Assembly (NCBI GenBank): GCA_964016885.1
Contig: OZ024741.1
Span: 47,864,001-47,928,000 of the forward strand
DNA: 64,000 bases
Reading direction: 5' to 3'
Source of the DNA: Eledone cirrhosa
Lineage: Eukaryota
Shown here: positions 51,579-64,000 of the stretch, piece by piece
How positions within the stretch are numbered: position 1 is the first letter of the stretch
How the letters are laid out: each line of letters opens with the position of its first letter
Program-made: the position numbers and the translations under genes
The notes under the pieces: generated by a model
The model's input: only the letters and a program-made list of their open reading frames with translations
Databases searched by the model: none
What the model was told of the DNA's origin: nothing

Positions 51579-52908
51579 TTACAAATTAAAATAGAAGGCT
51601 TCACAGTAACATTTGACTAAATAAAATAGTTTAACCCTTCTTCTTTGCCCATTTATTCCTGAGAGGGTTGTAGGGGCAGAGTCCTTAAACACTCCTTCCA
51701 ACAGGTCCTGTCAGAAGCAGTCATCTCCAACTGATCCGGCTGGATCCCCAAGCAGACCAGCCAAGCTCATGGATGTTATCCAACCATCTTGCTCGGGGTC
51801 TATCTCTGGGTATCCTGCCGGTTGGATTTGCCCATAAAATCTGTCCAGTGATTCTTTCCTGAGACATTCTAACTACATGCCCATAGTATCGGAGCTGATT
51901 GAACTCTCAATTTGGAGAAGTAGTGGTTCTACCTGAAGTCACTCTCTGATCTCCAAGCTACACACTCTATCGAGTAGCGTTACTCAAAAGACCCTTCAAA
52001 GTAACCCCATTTTGGCCGCTTGTATTTGCGATTATATTCTTTCAGTCATTACCAAAGATTCATGATTATAGGTCATGGGTAAGGGTTGGCACAAATACCG
52101 AATTGAAGATAGCAAGTTTGGTTTTTACACCTACCTCCCTTTTTCTGATTACCGAATGCTGAAGCTGGCACATTACTACTCTATCTGTAATTCTTACACT
52201 TAATTCAGCCTCTTGCCTTCCATGACTCGTGAATACACCCCCAAGATACTTGAACTTCTCTACCTGCTTCAGTGGAACTCCATTCATATGTAGAGTGCAC
52301 TGTGCAGGCTTCCTTGAGAGAACAAGTGTCTCAGTTTTCACAGCACTGATTTTCATTCCAGCCATGCAGCACTCTGCATCAAACCTATGAAGTGCAAGTT
52401 GGAGATCATCTTTGCCGAGTTAAGTAATGCCATGACGTCTGCAAATTCCAACCGACTAATTTTGCACCTGCCAGTCATGATACCACTTCCAAACCGGTTG
52501 CGCATGTTAATTCTGTTTATGTAAATAATGAACAGGAGAGGTGACAGTACGCACCCTTGGCGGAGTCTCTACTCCCATATTGAATGGTTTCGATTTAGCA
52601 CCATTTATCCAAACACAAATACTCGGGCATTCATATAGAGACATCAGGGCAGCAAGGAGCAGACTATTGATCCCATACTCCTGCACAACCTTCAACAGCA
52701 GGTCCTGAAGAACACAGTCATATGCCTTTTTGAAATCTACAAAACAAGAATATACCTCTTGGCAGTACTCCCACGATTTCTAGAAGACCTGCCGCATTGA
52801 ATGAAAAAAGATACCCATCTTTTTCTATTCAGTGGGTTTATACACCCCATTATTAGACTATTATATTTAGTCAAATGTTACGGCGAAGCCTTCTATTTGT
52901 ATTTTTAA
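51579..52908. mobile_element. MITE-like inverted repeats (51579-51630 / 52857-52908) enclosing a minus-strand RTE-like fragment (51638-52800)
   Basis: aatagaaggcttcacagtaacatttgactaaat / atttagtcaaatgttacggcgaagccttctatt; the inner ORF has QVEKFKYLG. Confidence 0.65.
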
Positions 52909-53903
52909 ACTTCCTTTGTCGTTTTCTAAATATAACTTCTGTTTTATGTTCTTTAACCCTGTTATTATTGTATTTCTAATGATTTTAGAATAATTTTAAA
53001 AATAATCAAGAATTTGAAGGGATAGTAATTCTTAATAAACACTTCATTTTGCTCCAGTTAACCCAGCTGAAAATGTGAACCAGCTACAACAGTTAGGGGT
53101 TAACTCTGTGATGAGTAGTGGAGCAGGGTAGGGATGGAGTCTTATACTCTCAGTCACTTAACGTCAATTAAACTGGGATATGTGCCAGCCTGACAAGCTT
53201 CTTTCTTGGTTTGGGACAGACTTTAACTTTTAAAAATCAGGTTAATAGTAGCCTAAATCATGGTTATATAAAGAACACGCTATGTTAGTGATACTGCTAA
53301 TTAATCCTAGCCAGTTAAGTTTGCATATATGCAAATGAGCCCATGGAAAAAAAGCATATAAGTTTTCAGGTTATTCTTCTCTCAGCTGCAAGTGAGTAAA
53401 TATCAGATATGGTAGATAAAAAATCCAGAAGCACATGTCTGTCATTTTCACCGGCTACTAAGTTATCTGTGACATGATTCTAGCCTAAAATATTCATAAT
53501 GAGACTTTGTATGTTTGTTGTACAAAAACATATCATATACCTTCATATATATCTTTATTATAAACCACGCTATGTTAGTGCCACTGCTAATTAAACAACA
53601 ACTCAGTTCAAATATTTAAACATTTACATTCTTATGCCTGATCCCTGTCTTTAACTCTTAATGTCCTGTACTGCATGAATCCACATTGGTAAGATGTTCC
53701 TGAAATATAAAAACACAGTATTGTGACTGTATCACATTAGCAATTAATGTATCTACTGTAATACAGTGGCGAAATGGCAGTCACTAAAATGTCAAATAGA
53801 ATGCTTTGAGGTGTTTGTTCTGGCTCTCTCTCCTGTCAAGGTTAACTTTGCCTTTCATCTTTTCGAGGTCAGTAAATAAAGTGCAGTTAAATTACTGGGG
53901 TCG

Positions 53904-53963
<60 letters not shown>

Positions 53964-54388
53964 AATCAGCTGTGATTAAATCTGGATAGAGGATGTGGTT
54001 TGTCAGGTTTATAGTGCCCAAAACATACTGTATGTCACTAAGGCAACCCTATGACTCTATCAGAAGTTATAGGTCCTTCCATACATACTCTAATACTACA
54101 GGCCTTCCGTTAGTAATGCACTGGGTAATTGCTGGCCTTGTGCCTAAAGTAGAAACAATTATTTCATGTAAGAAACTTTAAGTTATATTCCAAACACTAT
54201 CTTAATAATGATAAAGTTATATTACTAAATCCCTCTAAATTACTGATTACTTTCAAAAATATTTTAAAATTAAAGGAACTATCTTTCATTAGAAATATGG
54301 TAACAAAAGGGTTAAATATGTTCTGCTAAATCGTCACAGGATATTAGCAGTTAATGTTTTGCTCAGTTTCTTTTTTTCATTATTGTAG

Positions 54389-54524
54389 AATGCTCTAGAC
54401 TTGAGTCATAATTTATTGACGGAACTCCCAAACAGCTTGGAGAATTTCTGGGGGACATCATTGGAGTACATCAATGTAAACAACAACTTATTTGTAGAGA
54501 TCAACGAAAGTATCATACGCATCC
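54389..54524 (+). CDS. Host ANK-LRR gene exon (LRR), last visible exon; gene continues downstream
   Basis: NALDLSHNLLTELPNSLENFWGTSLEYINVNNNLF; gtaagt donor; no stop codon. Confidence 0.87.
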
Positions 54525-55099
54525 GTAAGTACATTTACATCCAATATTAATTTTATCCTATGATATTATAGTTATAGGTGACAAATTAGCAGAGTTGTTA
54601 GAACATCAGATAGAATAGCAGAGTTGTTAGAACATGGTTCTCTGCTCTCTAAGTTCAAATCCCACCGAGGTCAACTTTGCTTTTCATCTTTTCAAGGTCG
54701 ATAAAAAAAAGGTACCAGTCTAGTACTGGAGTCGATTCTTCCTCTATATCTCTTTCTCATTTTCCTCTCTCTCACTTTCTATCTTTCTCTGGAAGAAATC
54801 TGCTGTACTCAGGCCTGGAGAGGGATGGGCTTCACCAGACTTAAAATGCTCAAGAAGCACCGTATGTCAATACGGCGCCCCTATGACTCCATCAGGAGTT
54901 ATGGGACCATACAAACATACATTATAGTTATGGGTGTAGAAATGATTGTGTAGTTCAGGAGTTTACTTTGCAACCACGTGGTTTCAGGTTCAGTCACACT
55001 GTGGGGCACCTTGGGCAAATGACTTCTACTATAGCTTCAGATTGATCAATGCCTTGTGAATGAAATTTAGTAGAAACTGCAGAAGCTGGTCATATATAT

Positions 55100-55497
55100 A
55101 TCATCATCACCATTTAATGTCCATTTTTCTATGCTAGCATAAGTTAGCTGAGTTACCCCATTGTGAGACAAGCCAAGTCAGATGACCATGTCTTGGCTTG
55201 GATGCCCTTCCTAACATCAACCACATTTACAGTGTGAGATGAGCACTTTTTATCGTGGCACCTACATGACTACTTTATAGTATGGGCTGGGTGCTTTTTG
55301 TCATGGCACCTACACGACTACTTTATAGTATGGGCTGGGTGCTTTTTGTCATGGCACCTACACGACTACTTTATAGTATGGGCTGGGTGCTTTTTGTCAT
55401 GGCACCTACACGACTACTTTATAGTATGGGCTGGGTGCTTTTTGTCATGGCACCTACACGACTACTTTACAGTGTGGGTTGGGTGCTTTTTGTCATG
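55100..55497 (-). repeat. SINE/RTE 3' module with ~6 tandem 41-42-bp units
   Basis: tatagtatgggctgggtgctttttgtcatggcacctacacgactactt repeated nearly identically. Confidence 0.85.
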
Positions 55498-55500
55498 TCA

Positions 55501-55586
<86 letters not shown>

Positions 55587-55627
55587 CACAGACATATATA
55601 TACATACATATATACACATACATATAT

Positions 55628-55873
55628 ATACATACATATATATACATGACCGATGGGTGAAGAAGTGCCAGGAAATGCCAGTTGAAGGAAGACGTGGTAG
55701 AGGTAGACCACGAAAAACATGGGTGGAGGTGGTGAGAACAGACCTCAGATCATTGAAGCTCACGGTGGAGATGACGAGGGACCGTGACGAGTGGAGAGAT
55801 GCTGTGCTGAATAAGACCCGTCCCACCCTTGCAAGCAGGGAAAAGCGGACGTAAAATGATGATGATGATGATG
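55628..55873 (+). mobile_element. RTE LINE 3' end (second subfamily)
   Basis: [25 protein letters not shown]; (GAT)n. Confidence 0.85.
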
Positions 55874-55921
55874 ACATATATACATACATATATACATACA
55901 TATATATATACATACATATAC

Positions 55922-55984
<63 letters not shown>

Positions 55985-56021
55985 CATACATATATACATA
56001 CATATATATATACATACATAT

Positions 56022-56076
<55 letters not shown>

Positions 56077-56079
56077 CAT

Positions 56080-56136
<57 letters not shown>

Positions 56137-56139
56137 CAT

Positions 56140-56344
<205 letters not shown>

Positions 56345-56354
56345 CATATATATA

Positions 56355-57433
56355 TCATCATCATCATCATCATCAACGTTTAACGTCCGTGTTCCACGCT
56401 TGCATGGGTTTGGACGGGGGTAGTCCCACTTGAGGCAAGAGTGATTGTCTTGCTCGCATAGGACTGTCTGGCAGGTTTTCTACAGTTGGATGCCCTTCCT
56501 AACACCAACCACATTTACAGTGTGGGTCTGGGAGGTTTTTACCGTGTTGCCTACACGGCCACATTACAGCGTGGACTGTGTGTTTTTTTGTCGTGACACC
56601 TACACGATCTCATTTGTTTCGGCCTCGATGGCGCGGCACCAACATAACTTTACATAGAACGGGGTGGTGTGGATCGGGTGGGGGTGGTGGTGGTGGGACG
56701 GGGTGTATTTTGTTAGAGATGCCTACTGGCTGGAGTAGGTTTTACTATATATTTAGGTAAGGCGGGTCTTCTCTGTTACTGAGTACCGCCAAAGGTCTCG
56801 GTCCAGTGACATTGTCTTGGAGAGGTGTAAGTGTGTGATGTCGGAGTTTATCAGCTCGTCCCAGGTTTTTCTAGGTCTGCCTATTCCGTGACTACCGTCT
56901 ATCTTTATTGCCCTGCACTTTGTTATACAGCTATCGACTTTCATGCGCATCACGTGTCCATACCAACGTAGCCTTCTCTCGAGTAAACAACATCTGATCC
57001 CTCTTATCTCTAATTTTTTCCTTAGTTCGTTTATGCTTTGCCGTTCACGTATATTACTGTTACACATCCAGCGGAGCATGCAAGCTTCGTTCCTCTCTAG
57101 TCTGCGTATATCCTCTGCACACAATGCCCAGGTCTCACTGCCATGCAGCATTGCTGTTCGTATGCAGGCATCGTACAACCTGCCTTTCATTTTTAGTGAG
57201 AACCCTTTAGCAGCTAATAGTGGTATAAGCTCTCTGAACTTTTTCCAACCAGTTCTGACTCTAGCTACAGTACTTTCAGAGCACCCTCCCCCACTGCTGA
57301 TTTTATCGCCCAGGTAACGGAAGCTGTCCACTATTTCTATAGAACCCTCTGCGCAATTGAAAGAGCTAGTAGTTTGTGGGCACTTGCTGCTACTTATTGC
57401 ACCAGAGCACCGGCCACATGTAAAATCTATGTT
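56355..57433 (-). mobile_element. 5'-truncated RTE LINE nearly identical to the intact copy
   Basis: Matches 12068-13121 with few differences. Confidence 0.92.
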
Positions 57434-57472
57434 CATATATATACATATATATATATACATATATATATATAC

Positions 57473-57525
<53 letters not shown>

Positions 57526-57570
57526 CATATATATATACATATATATATATATATACATATATATATAAAC

Positions 57571-57601
<31 letters not shown>

Positions 57602-57609
57602 CATATATG

Positions 57610-60600
57610 TAGTAATAATAATAAAATTGAAGACTAAATCCAAAGGAAAATATATATCATATATATAAGAACCGTAGAGCAAATATTTATTAAAATAACA
57701 GATTAAAGTTTAAGCAAAGAATCGCTGCTTTCACCCTTAACGGGATCTTCTGAAACTAACAAAGTCAATCTGTAAACGCAGAACTGGATATTTCAAAAAA
57801 CGTTGCAACCGGAGGAAGACAGGAAGACGATACTTTGGTTCGTGGTAACGTTTGCTGGCAAAGAACGGGAAAAAACGAATAATACGTCATTAATAGGAGC
57901 GGTGAAAAACAATTACGCGCAAAGACAAAACCACGTTTATGGTATAAAAGAGGTCGTAGACTAATGTTCTCTTAGGTGGTTCATAGAGACGTTCTCTGGC
58001 AATGAACAAAAAAACGAAGATAATAAGTCATATGTGGAGCGTGGAGAACAATAGCACGCAAAGACAAAACCACGTAAATGGTATAGCAGAAGTCGTAGAC
58101 TAAAATTCTAACTAGGAGACCAAATGAATCTCCGCTACAGAGTTAAGAACAAAGTAAATAAATACAATACAGAAGTAATAGAAACAAATAAATACATACA
58201 CGCAAACAGATACGTACATACACAAGCATACGCAGAACCTTACCATGGGTATACAAAACCACGCACATATAAATATGTGTGTGTGTGTGTATGCTTGTGT
58301 ACAAATAAATAAATAATTATATAAACGTATATAAGTAAATAAATACGTATATAACAAGCGCACACGCATACCTACATATAAATACACGAATGTTCGGAGA
58401 CGTAAGTGAACTAAAACAAGAAGTACACATATACACACACCCGCCATGCGTACGAACCTGCACACTCACGCGGACGCAAAACTCCCGTATACACATAGCC
58501 AAACCCTAAATACCAGAATATGAAAAATTATATGCTATAACAGTCAAATATACGTACGAGAAGGTATACATACCTTCACAAAACATACGGGTAATATATA
58601 CTTACCTATGCAAATCAGTAAAGGAATAAACAAAACATATACTTAGCTCCCACATCAAGACGTAAATTATCCACGTATAGATCGTGCTATCCGTTAGGGT
58701 ATAACGTGGGGCTGTAATACAGGAAAGTTTTGTGCAATTTATGTTTACAAGCCGAAATTGCCTCAGATTTTTTGTTTAAGATGTGGTCTGTAGCGTAGAG
58801 TATTTCCAGGGCCTCAGCGGCGCAGAGGTCACATGGTCTTTTATTACCGTTATACGATCTAGCCCTAGCTAGGATCTCCCAGTGTAACTTATATTGGGTG
58901 TGGTTGTCTTTTAGACTCCAGATATAAGCTGAAAGTGACGTCATATTCCTTCTTAGAGGGTAACGAAAAGAATGGGTATGCATGTAAAGACGCTGCTTGA
59001 AACTATTGGCGGTTAACCCTATGTAGGCCCTACGGGACGTGGGTGTTGCAACCTTACATTTGTAGACAATGTTACTAGAGAGGCATTTCCCGGATAGGGG
59101 GCAATCAGCCCGATTCCTACAATTACAGTTAGTACTAACTACAGGGTTGCATGTGTTCCTACGGCTAGGTAGTTTAGCTAAATTTGAAGCTGTGATGTTA
59201 TGTGCAAGGTTAGGAGTCGTAGAGTAAGAAATTTTAATAGTATTTCTATTAAAAATTTTACTATATTTATGTGTAGGGGAAAATGCTTCGTAATAAGGGA
59301 AAGAAAGATCTTAGCTAATGGTGTGGCCACCTCCATATTATATGGTGGGTTAAACCAACAAATGCGACGGGATCTGTCGCATTTGGTAGCATATACAGAG
59401 TACGAAAATAGACCTAGAAGAAATAGATCCCGTCGCATTTGTTGGTTTAACCCACCATATAATATGGAGGTGGCCACACCATTAGCTAAGATCTTTCTTT
59501 CCCTTATTACGAAGCATTTTCCCCCTACACATAAATATAGTAAAATTTTTAATAGAAATACTATTAAAATTTCTTACTCTACGACTCCTAACCTTGCACA
59601 TAACATCACAGCTTCAAATTTAGCTAAACTACCTAGCCGTAGGAACACATGCAACCCTGTAGTTAGTACTAACTGTAATTGTAGGAATCGGGCTGATTGC
59701 CCCCTATCCGGGAAATGCCTCTCTAGTAACATTGTCTACAAATGTAAGGTTGCAACACCCACGTCCCGTAGGGCCTACATAGGGTTAACCGCCAATAGTT
59801 TCAAGCAGCGTCTTTACATGCATACCCATTCTTTTCGTTACCCTCTAAGAAGGAATATGACGTCACTTTCAGCTTATATCTGGAGTCTAAAAGACAACCA
59901 CACCCAATATAAGTTACACTGGGAGATCCTAGCTAGGGCTAGATCGTATAATGGTAATAAAAGACCATGTGACCTCTGCGCCGCTGAGGCCCTGGAAATA
60001 CTCTACGCTACAGACCACATCTTAAACAAAAAATCTGAGGCAATTTCGGCTTGTAAACATAAATTGCACAAAACTTTCCTGTATTACAGCCCCACGTTAT
60101 ACCCTAACGGATAGCACGATCTATACGTGGATAATTTACGTCTTGATGTGGGAGCTAAGTATATGTTTTGTTTATTCCTTTACTGATTTGCATAGGTAAG
60201 TATATATTACCCGTATGTTTTGTGAAGGTATGTATACCTTCTCGTACGTATATTTGACTGTTATAGCGTATAATTTTTCATATTCTGGTATTTAGGGTTT
60301 GGCTATGTGTATACGGGAGTTTTGCGTCCGCGTGAGTGTGCAGGTTCGTACGTATGGTGGGTGTGTGTATATGTGTACCTCTTGTTTTAGTTCACTTACA
60401 TCTCCGAACATTCGTGTATTTATATGTAGGTATGCGTGTGCGCTTGTTATATACGTATTTATTTACTTATATACGTTTATATAATTATTTATTTATTTGT
60501 ACACAAGCATACACACACACACATATTTATATGTGCGTGGTTTTGTATACCCATGGTAAGGTTCTGCGTATGCTTGTGTATGTACGTATCTGTTTGCGTG

Positions 60601-61116
60601 TATGTATTTATTTGTTTCTATTACTTCTGTATTGTATTTATTTACTTTGTTCTTAACTCTGTAGCGGAGATTCATTTGGTCTCCTAGTTAGAATTTTAGT
60701 CTACGACTTCTGCTATACCATTTACGTGGTTTTGTCTTTGCGTGCTATTGTTCTCCACGCTCCACATATGACTTATTATCTTCGTTATTTTGTTCATTGC
60801 CAGAGAACGTCTCTATGAACCACCTAAGAGAACATTAGTCTACGACCTCTTTTATACCATAAACGTGGTTTTGTCTTTGCGCGTAATTGTTTTTCACCGC
60901 TCCTATTAATGACGTATTATTCGTTTTTTCCCGTTCTTTGCCAGCAAACGTTACCACGAACCAAAGTATCGTCTTCCTGTCTTCCTCCGGTTGCAACGTT
61001 TTTTGAAATATCCAGTTCTGCGTTTACAGATTGACTTTGTTAGTTTCAGAAGATCCCGTTAAGGGTGAAAGCAGCGATTATTTGCTTAAACTTTAATCTG
61101 TTATTTTAATAAATAT
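57610..61116. mobile_element. Palindromic PLE: ~1.69-kb inverted arms (57683-59375 / 59425-61116), 49-nt spacer, tail 57610-57682
   Basis: Arms are reverse complements; each carries the GIY-YIG coding region and a hammerhead-like motif; same family as 21860-24562. Confidence 0.93.
59386..60114 (+). CDS. PLE linker + GIY-YIG endonuclease (right arm, frame intact; the left-arm copy 58687-59375 has a 1-nt frameshift)
   Basis: Near-identical to the 22863 ORF. Confidence 0.85.
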   Translation, partial: VAYTEYENRPRRNRSRRICWFNPPYNMEVATPLAKIFLSLITKHFPPTHKYSKIFNRNTIKISYSTTPNLAHNITASNLAKLPSRRNTCNPVVSTNCNCRNRADCPLSGKCLSSNIVYKCKVATPTSRRAYIGLTANSFKQRLYMHTHSFRYPLRRNMTSLSAYIWSLKDNHTQYKLHWEILARARSYNGNKRPCDLCAAEALEILYATDHILNKKSEAISACKHKLHKTFLYYSPTLYPNG

Positions 61117-61303
61117 ACATATATATATATACATATATATATATATACATATATATATATACATATATATAAAGAAAAAGAGATGAAATCGAAAATGCAA
61201 CTGAAGTCTTATTTTTTTAAAAAATATATATATTTATTTGGTTCCTTTACCGGTTTCGCAGTTCAAAGGTGAGATGAGATGGAGGGTCTGTGGTTTTTCT
61301 TAC

Positions 61304-61334
<31 letters not shown>

Positions 61335-61353
61335 CATATATATATGATGATAC

Positions 61354-61386
<33 letters not shown>

Positions 61387-61389
61387 CAT

Positions 61390-62268
61390 ATGTAGGAGGT
61401 GAGTTTTATTGTAGTACAATAAAGCAATGCAGATATCGGATAAGAAGCACTCTACAGTTTGTAGGACTGGAGTATGCATAATATAAGATCAAAAGATGGT
61501 TAAAGGAGTTCCATGTATTTTATTATGCGCATTTCAAAAACAAACATCATCATGCAATAATATTTGTGTTTTCATCAGATAAAACAGGAGAACATGTCGT
61601 TAGAATATTCATCCACAATTATTATTTCTTCTCTCTATCTTCATACATAAATTCCCTTCGTTAATTTTCAAATTCCTTTAATTTATACATTATCTTCCAA
61701 CGGTTTCTCAACCTCTCTGTGTAAGACAATGTATCTTTCTCTCAGTTATAAAAACTATCTCTTTCTCTCTATCGCCCATCTCTCCCTCTCTACCTTCACT
61801 CTCATTTCCTCCCCCTTTTTTTCATCCTTTCCAGCCCCCCTCCTTAAATAAAATACTTTTTCCTCGCACATATCCTCCTTTCGTTGATTTTCAAAAATTT
61901 TTTTTGGGGTTTATACATTATCTTCCAACGGTTTTCAACCTCTCTGTGTGGGACAGTATATCTCCTCTCAGTTATAAAAGCTATCTCTTTCTCTCTATCA
62001 CCCATCTCTCCCTCTCATCTCCTCCCCCTTTTTCATCCCCCCCCCTCTCTAAATATAATATTTTTCCCAATATCACACATCAATCTAAAACCACTTTTCA
62101 TATGTAGATTTAAAACTGCACTATCCACAAGTGTTTTTTAGCCTTCATATCATGTTCTCCTGTTTTATCTGATGAAAACACAAATATTATTGCATGATGA
62201 TGTTTGTTTTTGAAATGCGCATAATAAAATACATGGAACTCCTTTAACCATCTTTTGATCTTATATTA
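61390..62268 (+). mobile_element. Non-coding PLE terminus with 118-bp inverted arms (61479-61596 / 62151-62268) and a tail
   Basis: Inverted repeat containing a hammerhead; interior is pyrimidine-rich with a ~220-bp direct repeat. Confidence 0.75.
62154..62239 (+). ncRNA. Type I hammerhead ribozyme motif (inverted copy at 61508-61593)
   Basis: ttttat-CTGATGA-long stem II-GAAA-palindromic tgcgca-TA-ataaaa. Confidence 0.82.
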
Positions 62269-62290
62269 TATATATACATATATATATATG

Positions 62291-62321
<31 letters not shown>

Positions 62322-62428
62322 CTATGCGAGCAAGACAACCACTCTTGCCTCAAGTGGGAAAACCCCCGTCCAAACCCATGCAAGCGTGGAACACGGACGC
62401 TAAACCTGATGATGATGATGATGATGAT
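62322..62428 (+). mobile_element. RTE LINE 3' tail
   Basis: Same sequence as 3708-3828. Confidence 0.85.
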
Positions 62429-62471
62429 ATATGTATATATATATATGTATATATATGTATATATATATATG

Positions 62472-62540
<69 letters not shown>

Positions 62541-62571
62541 GTATATATGTATGTATATATATATGTATATA

Positions 62572-62618
<47 letters not shown>

Positions 62619-63295
62619 GTATCTATATATATGTATGTATATGTATATGTATCTATATATATGTATGTATATGTATATGTATCTATATATATGTATGTAT
62701 ATGTATATATATATGTATCTATATATGTATGTATATATATATGTATCTATATATGTATATATATATGTATCTATATATGTATCTATATATGTATCTATAT
62801 ATATATGTATATATATATGTATCTATATATGTATCTATATATATATGTATATATATGTATATATATATGTATCTATATATGTATATATATATGTATATGT
62901 ATATATATATATGTATATGTATATGTATATGTATATATATATATGTATATGTATATGTGTATGTATATGTATATATATATATGTATATGTATATATATAT
63001 ATGTATATATATATGTGTATATATATATATGTATATATATATGTGTATGTATATATATGTATATGTATATGTATATATATATATGTATATGTATATGTAT
63101 ATATGTATATGTATATATGTATATATGTATATATGTATATATGTATATGTATATATGTATATATGTATATGTATATATGTATATGTATATATGTATATGT
63201 ATATATGTATATATGTATATATGTATATGTATATATGTATATGTATATATGTATATATGTATATATGTATATGTATATATGTATATGTATATATG

Positions 63296-63328
<33 letters not shown>

Positions 63329-63349
63329 GTATATATATGTATGTATATG

Positions 63350-63386
<37 letters not shown>

Positions 63387-63513
63387 GTATATATATATAT
63401 GTATATATATATATGTATATATATATATGTATATATATATATGTATATATATATATGTATATATATATATGTATATATATATATGTATATATATATATGT
63501 ATATATATATATG

Positions 63514-63558
<45 letters not shown>

Positions 63559-63652
63559 GTGTATATATATATATGTATATATATATATGTATATATATAT
63601 ATGTATATATATATGTATATATATATATGTATATATATATGTATAAATATTA

Positions 63653-63686
<34 letters not shown>

Positions 63687-63705
63687 GTATATATATATAT
63701 ATATG
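62429..63705. repeat. ~1.3-kb compound (TA)n/(TATG)n microsatellite
   Basis: Directly visible. Confidence 0.95.
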
Positions 63706-63724
63706 TATTTCATTTCTCATTTCT

Positions 63725-64000
63725 TTTTACGTCCACTTTTCCCTGCTTGCAAGGGTGGGACGGAAACTGATGCTGGCATGATTTCTACAGCTGGATGCCC
63801 TTCCTAACACCAACCTCATTTACAGTGAGTGCTGGGTGCTTTTTTGCCGTGGCACCTCCACGACCACTTTGCAGTGGAATGATAGGGGATCCCAGTCCCT
63901 ATCATCTCATTTCTACAGCTGAGTAAACTGGAGCAATGTGAAATAAAGTGTCTTGCTCAAGGAAACAACACATCACCCGGTCTGAGAATTGAACTCACAA
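63725..64000 (-). mobile_element. tRNA-derived CORE-type SINE (runs off the window)
   Basis: Same family as 1020-1317. Confidence 0.85.

Noticed and set aside
52953-54315. Possible 1.36-kb TTAA-bounded non-autonomous transposon
   Set aside because: The TIR match is imperfect and the interior is a mix of other repeats; not enough support.
55240-55497. CRISPR-like regular repeats (also 27780-28077)
   Set aside because: No unique spacers, no cas genes, eukaryotic context; the units derive from a retroposon 3' UTR.
59200-59385. N-terminal ~60 aa of the 304-aa ORF as a novel fusion domain
   Set aside because: Antisense read-through of the left palindrome arm from a non-ATG start.
62255-63807. 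Long YI/IY/MY-rich ORFs (also at 1258-1643, 5530-6102, 13271-13769, 15481-15908, 55467-56383)
   Set aside because: Translations of (TA)n/(TATG)n microsatellites that simply lack stop codons.

Overview
Repeat-dense metazoan genomic DNA. The SINE/LINE repertoire suggests an octopod cephalopod (inference only). The first ~25 kb and last ~9 kb are a mosaic of (TA)n/(CA)n/(CAT)n microsatellites packed with transposons: one intact RTE-clade LINE (APE endonuclease plus an RT with a PHD finger inserted inside it), many RTE fragments, tRNA-derived SINEs, a decayed mariner, and many Penelope-like element (PLE) pieces with hammerhead ribozyme motifs. From ~36.7 to 54.5 kb on the + strand lie eight phase-compatible exons of a host ankyrin + leucine-rich-repeat protein (LRRK/ROCO-like N-terminal half), mostly missed by the ORF track. 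The most striking structure is a recurring asymmetric fold-back architecture of PLE ends, seen eight times from 0.2 kb up to a 3.4-kb near-perfect palindrome. In each, an inverted terminal arm carries an extra ~55-100-nt tail, the other arm stops at a TA array, hammerheads usually lie in or next to the arms, and most tails share a short RTWGAGYRC motif. All coordinates were read by eye and may be off by a few bases.
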